Notes: generated by a model from the sequence alone, not told the origin. A DNA stretch of 64,000 bases from Felis catus (GCF_018350175.1 NC_058368.1:194124001-194188000), one strand, 5' to 3'; shown: positions 26,100-40,074, numbered from the stretch's first letter. Made by a program: numbers and translations.

Positions 26100-26304
26100 G
26101 GGGGCTCCTGGGTGGCTCAGTCATTTGAGCATCCGACTTCAGCTCAGGTCATGATCTCACAGTTTGTGAGTTCGAGCCCCGCGTCAGGTTGTATGCTGAC
26201 AGCTCAGAGCCTGGAGCCTGCTTTGGGTTCTGTATCTCCCTCTTTCTGCCCCTCCCTTGCTTGCTCACTCTCTGTCAAAAATAAATAAACATTAAAAGAA
26301 GTTT
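26100..26304 (+). mobile_element. CanSINE
   Basis: A/B boxes, CT tract and tail. Degenerate TSD aaaccattttatt / aaaacatcttatt. Confidence 0.94.
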
Positions 26305-26364
26305 AAAAACATCTTATTACTAAAGCTGAAACTCTTTTTTTTAATATGTGATGCAACTGTTTCT

Positions 26365-26691
26365 TTTTTTTTTATATATGAAATTTATTGACAAATTGGT
26401 TTCCATACAACACCCAGTGCTCATCCCAAAAGGTGCCCTCCTCAATACCCATCACCCACCCTCTCCTCCCTCCCACCCCCCATCAACCCTCAGTTTGTTC
26501 TCAGTTTTTAACAGTCTCTTATGCTTTGGCTCTCTCCCACTCTAACCTGTTTTTTTTTTTTTTTTCCTTCCCCTCCCCCATGGGTTCCTGGTAAGTTTCT
26601 CAGGATCCACATAAGAGTGAAACCATATGGTATCTGTCTTTCTCTGTATGGCTTATTTCATTTAGCATCACACTCTCCAGTTCCATCCACG
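26365..26691 (-). mobile_element. 5'-truncated young L1_Fc-like insertion
   Basis: Reverse complement of ~4130-4455. Perfect 17-bp TSD gtgatgcaactgtttct at 26348-26364 / 26692-26708. Confidence 0.96.
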
Positions 26692-27590
26692 GTGATGCAA
26701 CTGTTTCTATTGTACCTAATCATGAGCTGCAAGCTTCATGAAGGCAGGAACTATATTATACTCAACTTATAAACTCTATACTCATTTCATGGTATAATTA
26801 CTAAATAAGTATATATTAAGTGCATGTGTGAGCTCATAAGCCCACTCTTGGCAAAATGCATTTAAGCAATAAGATATTAACTTTTTGAGGAACTATGACA
26901 AATTTTGAAGAGGAAGAATTTTGTCTTCTTTGATGATGATTTGCTTAGTAAAACTTGGCATATAGGAGATATTTGGAGGAACAGGATCACTTCTTTCAAG
27001 AGTCACTGATGTCTCAACACATACGTGGGCACTCCATCCTTACTCAAGGCTGTATCTCTTCTTCCTTTAACAGTCGTATATACATGAGATTGTTGTGTGT
27101 CCATCAACTGTCAATAAGCCAATGAAACTTGAAGTTCACTGTGGGTAGGTAAAGTAAGGTGACATTGAGCTATTGCTATCATTGAATTTAAAGTCCAGAA
27201 AATTTACTTGCATTTTCTGTAAACAAACAAACAAACAAAAACATTAGGAGTCTTTCTGTGCCTGGTGTTATGATATTGTATTTACACACAACATGCATGA
27301 TTAGAAATAGTAATTGCCAGTATAAACTTAGGTTTTAAAGTGAAGAATGCACTAGGGGCAAGGCTATCATTATAGTTCAGTTACATATATTGCCATTCAA
27401 TAATTATTTGCACTCACACAATGTTGTGTTTGGCCTAATTAGCAGTGACACTGACAGATAGAGAAAATAATTTGCATTTAAAAAAAATTTACAATGTATC
27501 TAAGTGAATAAGTCATATAAGCATTGCCTGAATTGTGATTATCTGATTTGGAAGCATCTTGTGATGAATGCTTAGAAGGTGTCTCTCCCT

Positions 27591-27778
27591 GGGTTTCCTG
27601 GGTTTCTCCGTCCATTGAGTGTCCAACTCTTGATTTAGGCTCTAGTCATGATCTCACCATTGTGGGATTGAGCCCCATACTGGGCTCTGTGCTGGGCATG
27701 GAGCCTGCTTAAGATTCTCTCTCTCTTTCTTTCTCTGCCCTCTCTCTAAAATAATTTTTCAAAAAAATTAAAAAACAA
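27591..27778 (+). mobile_element. Older CanSINE
   Basis: TSD agaag(g/c)tgtctctccct at 27574-27590 / 27779-27795. Confidence 0.92.
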
Positions 27779-27850
27779 AGAAGCTGTCTCTCCCTACTAA
27801 CATTGCCACCAAATCATGGTGGCCCCAGAATTTCAATTACTAAGTGGCTC

Positions 27851-27875
27851 ATGCTTACTTTGGCAGCACATATAC
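27851..27875 (+). pseudogene. 3'-truncated U6 snRNA retrocopy (first 25 nt)
   Basis: atgcttactttggcagcacatatac versus U6 gtgctcgcttcggcagcacatatac; all four differences are transitions, three at CpGs. Flanked by the direct repeat taagtggctc / caggtggctc. Confidence 0.82.
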
Positions 27876-28704
27876 CAGGTGGCTCAGGGACATTGAGTTT
27901 CTCTACCATTTTCTTTTTGTTCTGAAGGTTTATCACATTCTCACTCTGCTCCAAAATCTCTTTATATCTCATCTCATAATATTCCTTTGTACATAGCACA
28001 ATTATTAGAATAAGAAAAATAAGAATAGCCTCACCTCATTTAACTGAATGTTAAAATAAAACATTCAGTAAGTTATATCACATTATTTAGACCTAATTTC
28101 TTCATCTGTCAAATGGTAGTAATAATAAACATGTTATAGGATATTATACTAAATGATGAAAGAAAGAATTCCACTTTTGATTATGATAGAGCAGCTTCAC
28201 AGCCTTTATGCTGAGGACAGTTATAGACATTGAATAGAATTAAAAAAGGCATTTGAAGGCATCAAAGATCAACCAATGCATCTAGGACCTCAGAGGTCTG
28301 GTTTTCAGAGAAAGTAAAACTACAATGCAGTCACTGTACAGGATATGTCCTCTCAATGAATTTGCCTCTTCCAAAACTGTACAGAACAACAGTATGATAA
28401 ACCAAGCACAAAGGAGAAACTGGGAAGAGAGGCAGAGCTGTCAGCCTAGTAATTTGAGTTGAGTTTTCCCAAAGAGGTGGTGTAAACACCTGGCTTTCAG
28501 GTGAGGCCATGGAAGAACTAAGCCATATGAGTAGTCAAAACAAAATAGACCAGGACCTACAAAGGCTAAAACAGCCATGACAAGTCGCCATTCCTAGCTC
28601 AATCCAGGTGCTTGTGTCCCTGTCCTTTGTCTAACTGCCTGTCAGTAAGAGAACTAAGTCATCTCTGGAAAAACACACTATCATCCTGAATCTCTGAAAC
28701 TTTT

Positions 28705-28726
28705 TTTTTTTTAACATTTATTTATT

Positions 28727-28762
<36 letters not shown>

Positions 28763-28932
28763 CAAGTGGGGGAGGGGCAGAGAGAGAGAGAGAGGGAAAC
28801 ACAGAATCTGAAGAGGCTCCAAGCTCTGAGCTGTCAGCACAGAGCCTGACACGGGGCTCAAACCCATGTACTGTGAGATCATGATCTGAGCCGAAGTCAA
28901 ACGCTTAACTGACTGAGTCACCCAGGTGCCCC
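28705..28932 (-). mobile_element. CanSINE
   Basis: TSD tctgaaactttt at 28693-28704 / 28934-28945. Confidence 0.95.
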
Positions 28933-30226
28933 ATCTGAAACTTTTAATATGGAATGTTGGCATTCAATAAAAGGGATATCTTTGGGCAGAACAAAAATAA
29001 TCTCAGAAGTATGGAAATACAGGAAGAGTGAAGAACACAGGAAAAAGTAAATAAATAGACAACACTCAATAAATATTGACAAACCACAATGATAATGTAT
29101 TCTGGGGTTTTAAATATATAATTTAAATATATGATAGCAACATCACAAAAGCCATGAGGCAGCTAAATGATGTATGTACTTTAATTGTTCAGAAAATGGA
29201 AAAAGCACACATTTATGATAATAATGCATATTAGCATGCCTAGAGAAATTTCAAATGTGTAACAAGGGATAGAACAAAAAGGGAAATGGAAAAATCAGAG
29301 AGTAAAGCAATCCTAGATTAATTTTAAGATGGCAGGATAAGACAGAAACCAGTAAAATGATACATTTAAGACCAAATATTTGAATGGTTACATTACATCT
29401 TAATGGGCTAAATATTCTATTAAAAGATTAAGTTTGTGAAACCAGATTTAAAAACACTATATGCTGCTTACAAGAAACACACTTTAAATAATAGAAACAC
29501 AGAAAAACAAAATTAAAAGCATGAAAGAAAATGGACTATGCAAACCCTAACCAAATGAGAACTAGTGTAATTATGCTAATGTAAACTTTAAAAGAAGAGT
29601 TACTAGAGATTAAGTGGAACATTTCATTGTGATAAATGGCAAGCCCTACACATTCACACTCAAAGTAAACATAGCCTTAAACTATAGAACATGCAAAAGA
29701 ATCTGGCATACAGGAAAAAAAAAAAGAATTAGCCAAATCAATAATCATTGTTAAGAGATTTTTAATATCTCAGTAATGGATAGAACAAAAAGTCAGTAAT
29801 GATATGAAAGGTTTTCATAACACAGTTAAGAAAATTATACATATATATATTCAACAGACAACTGAAAAAAATTTTAACTCTACATGGAATATTTACCAAT
29901 ATTTAACAATTGTGAGGCCATTTAATCAATTTCAACCAATTTCAAGTTTGAGTTTGTAGTTGTTGTTTTTTTAACTATGGAGGAACTAGACAACATATAA
30001 TTAAAAAGAAAACTCCTTAAAAGTTTAAAAATTGTCAGACATCCGAATAAGCCAAATTTCTGAGAAGAAATAAAAATAAAAATTATGAAATTGTTGAAAA
30101 TACTTGATGATGACAGTACTTGTCAAATCTTGTGGGATGTGGTTAAAAGACTCCTTAACAGGAAAATAACAGCCTTAAATTCATAAATTAGTAAAGGAAG
30201 GATTAACATTAAAAAAGAAAACAAAA

Positions 30227-30313
30227 TCCCTCTCTCTCTGCCACTCCCCCATTCATGCTCTGTCTCTCTCTGTCCCAAAAATAAATAAACGTTGAAAAAA
30301 AAATTAAAAAAAA
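30227..30313 (+). mobile_element. 5'-truncated young CanSINE (CT tract and tail only)
   Basis: TSD aaaaaagaaaacaaaa at 30211-30226 / 30314-30329. Confidence 0.9.
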
Positions 30314-31480
30314 AAAAAGAAAACAAAAACAAAAAAACCTTACATAATGATCCATTGAAATTTATACCTGGAATGCAGGATTGGTTCAAAATATGAAAAT
30401 TAATCAGTGCAATATACCATATTAAAAAAATAAAGGAAAAAATCCTACATAACCATCTCAATAAATTAAGAAAAAGCATTTTACAAAAAATGCTTTCATG
30501 ATAACAACATCAAAATATTAGGAAAATGGAATTTCCTAAACCTGAAAATGAACATCTGTGAAAGACCCAATGCTGTCATCAGACTTAATGGTGAAAGACT
30601 GAAAGCTTTCCTTTTCAGATCAGGAACAGGTCATGTATTTATTTTATTTCTATTAAACATTGTACTAGAGGTCCTAGGTAGGTCAATTAGCAAGAAAAAG
30701 AAAAAGTGATTCAAATTGGAAAGGTAGAAGTAAAAGTCGTTTTTATTTGGAGATAACATCATCTTATATATAGAAAATCCTGGAGAACCCACAAAAAATA
30801 TTAATGTTAATAAATGATTAAGCAAAAATGCACGATACAAGATAAATCCGTTGTATTTCTATGCACTAATAAATTGAAAAGGAAATTAAGAGAATAATTC
30901 CATTTAGGATAAATTACTTGAGAAATAGTATTTTACACGTAAGTGCAATACTTGTACACTGAAACCTATTGTTAAAGGAAACTGAGGCAGATCTAAATAA
31001 ATGGAAAATACTCCATGATCATTGGAAGAGTGAAGATTGTTTAGATAGCAATCATCTGCAAATTGATCTTCAGACTCAATGTAATTCCTATCAAATTTCT
31101 AAGTGCCTTTTTTTTTAAATAAATAAATAAGCTCATCCTAAACTTTATTTGGCAATGCAAGGGCCCTGAACAACCAAACTAATACTGAGAAAGAAGAACA
31201 AAATTGGTGAACTTAAACTTACTAATTTCAAAACTTACAACAAAGTTACAGTATCAAGATAGTGTGGTATTGACAAGGGGATAGGCATGTAGACTTCTGC
31301 TTTAGAATTGAGAATCCAGAAACAAACATCCATGCTCCACTGACTTTTGATAAAGGTGCCAAGACTATTCAGCGAAGAAAGAATAGTCTTTTCAACTAAT
31401 GGTGTGAGAACAACTGGATATCCATGTGCAAAAGAAGGAATTTGGACCACTACCTCACACCATTAAAAAATAGCTCAAAA

Positions 31481-31689
31481 CAGGTGTGCATGGGTGGCTC
31501 AGTCAGTTGAGTGTCTGACTTCAGCTCAGGTCATGATCTCGTGATCTGTGAGTTTGAGCCCTGCATCGGGCTCTGTGCTGACAGCTCCGAGCTTGGAGCC
31601 TGCTTCAGATTCTGTGTCTCCCTCTCTCTCTGCCCCTCCCCCATAATGCTCTGTCTCTCTCTGTCAAAAATAAACATTAAAAAATAATT
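31481..31689 (+). mobile_element. CanSINE
   Basis: 18-bp TSD ttaaaaaatagctcaaaa at 31463-31480 / 31690-31707. Confidence 0.96.
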
Positions 31690-31967
31690 TTAAAAAATAG
31701 CTCAAAATGGCTCAAAGATCTAAATTAAGAGCTATAACTATGAAAGTCTTAGAGGGAAGTACAGATGTAAATCTATATGACTGTGCATTAGGCAACAGTT
31801 TCTTAGGTATACCCCCAAGAGCATTAACAACCACATATAAAATAGATACAAGGAACTTCATCAAAATTAAAAACATGGGGACATGAAAGGCCATTGTCAA
31901 GGGAAAGAGAAATACAACATACAGAATGGGAAAATATACTTGGAAATTATGCATCTGATCAGAAACT

Positions 31968-32374
31968 TTTTATTTCAAGTTTTTATTTAAATTTAATTAA
32001 ATTATAGTTAACATACAGTGTAATATTAGTTTCAGGAGTAGAATTCAGTGATTCATCACTTACATATAACACCTAGTGCTCATCACAAGTGCCCTCTTTA
32101 ATGCCCATCACCCATTTAGCCATTCCCCCACCTACCTCCCCTCCATCAATCCTCAGTTCTCTGTAGTTAAGAGTCTCTTATGGTTTGCTTCCCTCTCTTT
32201 TATTCCCCCTTCCCCTATGCCCATCGGTTTTGTTTCTTAAATTCCACATGTGAGTGAAATCATATTGTATTCATCTTTCTCTGACTTATTTTGCTTAGGT
32301 TAATACAGTGTAGTTCTATCCATGTCATTGCAAAATGGCAAGATTTCATTATTTTTGATGACTGAGTAATATTC

Positions 32375-32416
<42 letters not shown>

Positions 32417-33200
32417 TGTACCACATCTTCTGTATCCATTCATCAGTTAATGGACATTTAAGCTATTTCCATAATTTGGCTGTAGTTGATATTGCTGCTC
32501 TAAACATTAGGGTACATGTACCCCGTCAACACAGCATTTTTCTATCCTTTGAGTAAACACCTGGTAGTGCAGTTGTTGGATCATAGGGTAGTTCTATTTT
32601 TAACTTTTTGAGGATACTCCATACTGCTTTCCACAGTTGTGCACCATTTTACATTCCCACCAACAGGGCAAGAGGGTTCTCCGTTCTCTGCATCCTCTCC
32701 ATCATCTGTTATTTCCTGTGTTGTTAGTTTTAGCCATTCTGACAGGTGTGAGATGGTATCTCACTATGGTTTTGATTTGTATTTCCCTGATGAGGACTGA
32801 TGTTGAGCATCCTTTTTCATGTGTCGGTTAGCCATCTGGATGTCGTCTTTAGAAAAATGTCTGTTCATGCCTTCTGTCCATTTCTTAACTGGATTATTTA
32901 TTTTTTCGGTGTTGAGTTTTATAAGTTCTTTATAGATTTTGGATACTAGCCCTTTATCTGATATGTCATTGGCAAATATCTTCTCCCATTCCATCAGTTG
33001 CCTTTTAGTTTTGCTGATTGTTTCCTTTGTTGTGCAGAAACTTTTTGTTTTGATGAAGTCCCAATAGTTCATTTTTGCTTTTGTTTCCCTGGCTTCCAGA
33101 GATGTGTCTAGTAAGAAATTGCTACAGTTGAGTCCAAAGAGTTACTGCCTATGTTCCCCTCTATGGTTTTGAAGGTTTCCTGTCTCACATTTAGGTCTCT
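31968..33200 (-). mobile_element. Carnivore L1 3' fragment nested in the L1MB-like copy; contains (TG)n at ~32376-32419
   Basis: [17 protein letters not shown]...[23 protein letters not shown] on the minus strand. The host L1 resumes at ~33201. Confidence 0.92.
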
Positions 33201-33818
33201 CATTTAAAATATATAAAGAACTCTTCCAGGTCAATAATAAAAATACCAATAGCCTAGTTAAAAAGTGGGCAAAGAATTTGAAGAGCCATTTCTCCAGTGA
33301 AGATCTACAAATGGTCAATTCGCACACAAAGTATTTTCACCGATATGAGTCATCAGCGAAATGCAAATCAAAACCACAATGAAATATCACTTCACACCCA
33401 GTGGGAAGGCTATCACCAACAAGACAGATGATAACAGTGTTGATGAGGACGTGGGAAAAACTGGAGTTCTCATACATGGGTAGCTAATGGGAATATAAAA
33501 TGGTGATGTCATGACTGTTATAAATAAGTTGGCAGTTACTCAAAAAGTTGTATGTAGAATTACCATATGACCCAGAAATTCCACTCCTAGTTGCAAACCC
33601 AAGGCAGGTAAAAATGTAGTCACACAAGAACTTGTGCATAAATGTTCATAGCAGCATTGTTCATAAGAGACAAAAAGTAGAAACCACCTACATTCCCATC
33701 AGCTGATGAATGGATCAACAAATTTGGGATATAATGGAACATTATCCAGGTGTAAAAGGGAATCAAGTCCTGTTGCATGGCACAACACGGAAGAGCTTTT
33801 GAAAACATTATTACCACT

Positions 33819-34023
33819 GGGCGTCTCAGTCAGCTAAGTGTCCGACTTCAGCTCAGGTCATGATCTCTCGGTCTTTGGGTTCGAGCCCCTGGTCGGGCTC
33901 TATGCTGACAGCTCAGAGCCTGGAGCCTGCTTCAGATTCTGTATCTCCCTAGCTCTCTGCCCCTCCCCCACTTGCACTTTGTCTCTCTCTCTCTCTCTCA
34001 AAATTAAATAAACATAAAAAAAA
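33819..34023 (+). mobile_element. CanSINE with a damaged 5' head
   Basis: Typical SINEC body and tail. Confidence 0.92.
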
Positions 34024-35131
34024 TATTGCTAAAGCGATATAAGCCAGACACAAAAAGCTACATATTGTATGACTGCATTTGTTTGAAATACCCAGAAAAG
34101 GCAAATCCATAGACAGAAAGTTGATTCCTGGTTGCCAGGCAATGACATGGAGGTGGGAATGGGAAGTAATTGATACTAGGTCTGTTACAGAAGTGTTCTG
34201 GATTTAGATAGGATGATTACAGAACATAATGAACAAAAACCACTGAATTACAGAATATAAAATGGTAGATTTTATGTTGCTCAAAAATGAAAAAGAAGGG
34301 CTGAAAAATCAGCAAAGTATCCTTTATAATAAATTAGACAAAAAAAGAGCAGCAACTCAATCCCCCCAAAACATGTAGAAGCAAAGAAATAACAAAACTG
34401 AGAGTGAAAGAAGTCAAGTAGAAAATAAATGTAGGGGGAAACTTACATAAACCAAAAGTTGGTTAATGGAAAAAATAAACAAATAACAACCTAGCAATAC
34501 TGATCAAGGAGAAAGAAAAGCACACATTACCAAAATCAGAAATAAATAATGGAATGTAAATACTAATCCCACAGAATTTTAAAATATTTTATGGACACTA
34601 ATTAGAAAATTCAAGTGAAATAGACAAATTCCCAGTAAAACATGATTTATCAAAACTGATATCAGAATGGAGTAACTAGACCATTCTAATGCTATTAAAC
34701 ATTGAAACTATTATTAAAAGCCTTCTCCAAGGAATATTTCTCTCTCAAATGGACTCACTGGTGAATACATCTAAATAATATAGAGAAGCAAGACCAAAAT
34801 ATATATATATATACTTATCCAAAGAAAAGGAAATATTTCTTATTTATTTTAAAAGACCAGAACAACCTTGATATCAGTACTAGAAGAGAACATTACAAAA
34901 ATGGAAAATTATAGACCAACCATGCCTATGAACATAGGCATAAAATTTCCTAAATAAAATACTGGAAATTTGAATCCAGCAATAAAGATAAAGGATAATA
35001 TAGCTGGTAATACAATAGGTATGTTCCAAGAATTAAAGATTTAACTTTTGAAAACCATTGAAAATCACATTTTTAAAAGAATTAGAGATATATATCATTA
35101 TATCAGAAGAAAATATTTGAAAACATTCAAT

Positions 35132-35150
35132 GTCTCTCTCTCTCTCTCTC

Positions 35151-35198
<48 letters not shown>

Positions 35199-35462
35199 TA
35201 TATATACACACACATATATATATATATACACACACACATATATACACACACATATATATATATACACACACACATATATACACACACATACACACACACA
35301 TATATATATATATATACACACACACACATATATACACACACATAGATACACACACACACATACACATATGTACACACATGTATATACACACACATATATA
35401 CACACATATATATATAGAATATGTAATATATATATATGTCTATGTCTATATATATATATATA
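35132..35462. repeat. Compound (TC)n(TA)n[(CA)n(TA)n]n microsatellite
   Basis: Directly visible. Confidence 0.97.
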
Positions 35463-36268
35463 ATATTTCCCATCAGAGCACCTACAAAGTACATGTGGAA
35501 TTAGTCTACTTCATGGCTAAATATTGAAAGCTTTCTCTTTTGTGTCAAGAATGAGACCATAAAACCTATTATCACTATTTTTCAACATTCTGATGGAAAT
35601 TTTAGGCAATGAAATAAGGAGGGGAAAAAAGTAAAATATTGGATTGAAAGAAATTAAACTGTTCAGACAACTTAACGATGTACATATAAAATCCAAATGA
35701 ATCTGCAGATAAAATGACTAGTAAGTTAACAGTGTCTCTAGATACAGGGTAAATATAAAAAATACAACTTTTTAAAAAGGATACAATTGAAAATTGCTTA
35801 AAAATATCAAATGCATGGGGAAAAACTCCAACAAAACTTATGAATGACCTCTATACAGAGAATAGAAAGGATTATTGAGGGAAATTAAAGATACCTTTCC
35901 TCCCCAATTTTAGGAAGATACTGTGCACATGCAATAGAAAAATCAATATATAAAAATGTCAGTGCTCCCACACTGAATTTATCATTTCACTGCAATTTGA
36001 ACAGTATCAATTTGTCAAAATCAATAAGCTGATTTGAAAAATTTATATGGAAAGGCAAGGAACCAAGAACTCCTTGAAGAGGAATAAAATTGGAAGACCC
36101 AACTTGTAAATAAATTCATTATAAAGCACAGTAATTAACCCAGTATGTATTAAGATAAGAATGTACAAAGAGACCATTGAAGCAGAAAAAAAAGTAAAAA
36201 TGGTGAATTTGTTTTATGACAAAGTTGATACTTCAATGCAGTGGAAAAGGATTATAAATCAGATAAAA

Positions 36269-36762
36269 TGATAGGCAAGACAATGCTTCCCTAAAGATGT
36301 TAATATGCTAATCTTCTAGAATTCGTGAATATGTTATGTTCCATGGCAAAGAGGAATTAAGGCTGCAGATGAAATTTATTTGCTAACCAGCTGATCTTAA
36401 AATAAGTGGACCCAGGGTAATTGCAATAATCCTTAAAAGCAGAGGAGGGAAAAAGAAGAAATCAGTCAGAGGGGGATACAACCACAAGGGAGTGATGTAA
36501 TATAGAAAACTTGATCCTCTGTTGCTGGCTTTGAAGGTGAAGGGAGGGGCTATGAACAAAGGAGTGCAGATGAGAAAAGGCATAGAAATGGATTTTCCTT
36601 CAGAGTATCCAGAAGGAGATGTAGTCCTGCAACAAACTGGCATCAGCTAGGTGAGACTCAGGTCAGACTTCTGACCCAGATAATTAAAGGATAATACATC
36701 TGAGTTGTTTTGAGCCATCAAGTTTGTGGTAATGTACTAAGTAGCAATACAAAACTAACACA
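36269..36762 (+). mobile_element. MaLR solo LTR (MLT1C/D-like)
   Basis: ccctaaagatgt...gtgaatatgttatgttccatggcaaagaggaattaagg...aagtttgtggtaat...gcaatacaaaactaacaca. Confidence 0.82.
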
Positions 36763-37374
36763 CCTTCCAGTACAGAAAAGTATGAAACTTAGCCCCCAAC
36801 TTCTCAGCATGCACAAAAATCAATTCCAGATATTTGTCTAAATGAGAAAAGTTATATAAAGGAAGGAAGGAAAGAAAGCTTCTAAAGGAAATCTAGCCAA
36901 ATAGTTTCATGACCTTGGGGTAAGCAGAATTCCTTAAATAGGAAAAACTGCACAAGGCAGAGACAAAAGCATAATAATAAAAGGAAAACTTTCTACTTTT
37001 TAATGTAATAAAGTATTATTTAATGTAAAAACATAACAGAAGTTGTACTTTCTTAATGGTAATAGATACCAAGAGCAAAGCGAAGTAAAAAGATAAGCCA
37101 TGAATAGGAAAAAAATAATTGCCTATGTATAGTTATATATGTGTTTTATATATGTGTGTTATATATGTAATTATACAACTATATGTGTAGTTATATATTT
37201 GAGATATATAACTAAGATATATAAAGAATAGATATATCTATACCTATACAACAAAGGACTCTGTAAATCAGTAAGAAAAAGGCAGATATTCCAATAAAAA
37301 TAATCAAAAAGACTTGAGCAGAGACTTCATCAAAGCAGCTACATTTGTCCAGCAACAAGAATGAACCTATTTCA

Positions 37375-37583
37375 GGGGTGTCTGGGTGGCTCAGTTAGTT
37401 GCCTGCCCGACTCTTGATTTCAGCTCAGGTCATGATCTCAGGGTTCTTGGTTCAAGTGTTGCATCTGGCTCTGTGCTGCCAGCACAGAGCCTACTTGGGA
37501 TTCTTTCCCTCTCTCTCTGCCCCTCACCTTTTCACCCAAGCTTGCTCACTCGCTCACTCTCTCTCCCTCAAATAAATATTTGA
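37375..37583 (+). mobile_element. Older CanSINE
   Basis: Degenerate TSD gaatgaac(c/a)tat. Confidence 0.92.
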
Positions 37584-39015
37584 AAGGAATGAACATATCA
37601 CAGCTACATACAAAATCGTGGATGGCTACAATACACGAAATGGAAAAGAGGCCAGAAATGTAAGAATACATACTGTATGTTTGCATTTGTATACTGCTCC
37701 AAAGCTAGCCTCATTACCCTACGGTTTTAGAAGTCAGAAGAGAGCTTTTCTGTGGTAGGGGTTTTGTGACTGGAAAGACTGGACAAGGTAGGCTTCTCTG
37801 AGTAATTTTGTTTCTTTATCTGGGTGCTAATTACACACCAGGTATATTCTAATTATGAAAATTTATCAAGGTGAGCACTCATGATTTGTACATTTTAAAA
37901 AATAGATATATTTGGTTTTGATAGAAAAGTGACCATAAAAGCAAGTAAACAAACAGAAATATTGGTACTTAGAGAATATGAGAAAATGTATTGATCTGGC
38001 TCACTGTCATCCTTCAATAAATGGTAGCTCTGAAATTATTTCTTAAACCTTTTTTTTTCTTCTACGTGTTGCTAATGTGTTGGAAACAACTTCCCTCTCT
38101 CCTTACTCCACCTTTCATCAAAACAACATGAAAAAGACTAGTGTCTATTTGGCTGTATCAACAAAGTTCTAAAATCAAATAAGGCATAATTATGAATGTG
38201 TGCTGCAAATTGCTAAAATGTATTTAAGTGTTTAGAAATCTCCTTCAGAATCTCTGCAAAAGGTATCTGCTTCCTGCACTTTCCCTAATTAAATCCACTT
38301 TTCTTCAAGGACTGGTAATCAATATTTTTTTAAAAAATTACCGAGTACATTTTTTTGTCTTTATAAACTTTAATTTCTAGAATCAACTAGTATAGCTATG
38401 TTTTCTACAATCTTAACATACAGATAATGTACTATACACATGCACACACGTGCATATATACTGTATGTGTGCATATATACTTACTGTGTGTGCATGTGGT
38501 ATTTTCAATACAGTTCACATCAAACAGGATTTTATCATAACTTCTAAAATTGTATTCATTGGAAAACACTTTCTGTGTTCTGAAGTATGGACTGAATAAT
38601 GACCTGTGTGAACGTCTGAATGTAACTCTATATCCTAAAAACCCAGTTAAACTCAAGTTTTAATTTTAAAAAATTAAAATTTTTTTCACGGTTATTTACT
38701 ATTTGCATTATTTTACCATATATCCATAAAATTTCCTTCAAAATGTACCCCATGAAGGACCAGGGCAGGTATTCCTCTCTGTAGTTCATACATAGGGAAA
38801 GTGAGTCTCAGAGAGGGTAAGTGATTATCTCAAAATCACAAAGTTCACGGGTTTCAGTGTCAAAGAAAGAAATACAAAACCAAAAAGCCCAGGTCTTCTT
38901 TTTCTAATTAAATCAATTATTTTTGTCCCCTGTACTCTAGTCTCTCTCCCCCCCACTCTTCCACCTACCCCTTTTGCTTTGTGCCCTCCTTGTATTTAAA
39001 ATAAGAAAGGCCCTT

Positions 39016-39239
39016 GGGGCACCTGGGTGGCTCAGTCAGTTAAGTATCCAATTTTGGCTCGGGTCATGATCTCAAGGTTTGTGGTTTCAAGCCCCATGTC
39101 GGACTCTGTGCTGACAGCTGGAGCCTGCTTCAGATTCTGTGTCTCCCTCTCTCTCTGCCCCTCCCCTGCTCGTGCTCTCTCTCTCTCTCTCCCTCTCTCT
39201 CTCTCAAAAATAAATAAACATTACAAATTTAAAAAAATC
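39016..39239 (+). mobile_element. CanSINE
   Basis: TSD aaataagaaagg(c/t)cc at 38999-39013 / 39240-39254. Confidence 0.95.
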
Positions 39240-40074
39240 AAATAAGAAAGGTCCGTGTGGGTATTAAGAGTCATGGGGAAGTTTATAAGAATATACCTGA
39301 ATCTTAAAAATATGAACTTTGAAATGCAAGTACAGTATGGATTAGTATAGAGCAGAGAAGTGCCATATAAATGCCACCAAACACAGCATATGTAGCTGGT
39401 CATGAGAAACCGATTTTCTTACAACAGACTGACAGTGTTAACATGGGAAGAAAAGACAGAAGAGGTTGCAAACAATTGCAAGAAATGCAACCTAGACTGC
39501 AATATTTCCACCCAAAGAATCAGTCTTCCTTAACAAAATTCTCCAGCAATCTAATATTTAGACTTCAAGGCCATGTTTTGTTTCCAGTTCAGCTCAGTTA
39601 GGATTAGAGGGAAGAGAAGGTAAGACTCCCCAGGTGAGAAGCTAGACAATTTGCCTTACAGAGATAAAACGTTAAACACATTTCAAATGGCAGATGTTCC
39701 TCTTGACCCATTCAAGTCTCTTTTGTGCAACTTGCCTTAGTGAATTTTCATCTATTTCAATAAATTTCATGCAAAATGGTTTCACAAAAGAAAAAAAAGG
39801 AAAGAAAAGAGCATTCCGTGAAAGGAGAGGGAAACATAAAAAATTGTTCCATAAAGCAGAAGAGGGGAGGACACTACACGTAAACAAACATATCTTATAC
39901 TGTTTTTTAAGAGTCATTCTCTTCTGTCTCTGAACTTGCTCCTACACAAGTCCTATCATTTTTATTTCCTAAATATGTTATGACTCGTTTCATTCCCATT
40001 GTCAACTGGTCCATGCCTGCATCTTTCTATGGGTCCACCCTTTGCACTTTACCTCTCTCTAATCCACCAAGATG

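Larger units (their letters stand above)
30335..34280 (+). mobile_element. L1MB-like element (RT region to 3'UTR) nested in the older L1
   Basis: Sense ORF2 remnants (IPGMQDWF) and an L1MB-type 3' end (aagccagacacaaaaagctacatattgtatga...ggcaaatccatagacagaaag). Confidence 0.75.
28160..37930 (+). mobile_element. Ancient L1ME-type element (5' region to 3'UTR) hosting several nested insertions
   Basis: Collinear degraded ORF2 motifs at 29370-30200, resuming at ~34285-37930 after the nested L1. Confidence 0.7.

Noticed and set aside
37125..37250. Hairpins in a TA-rich patch (tagttatatat / atatataacta)
   Set aside because: Expected from low-complexity, self-complementary TA sequence.
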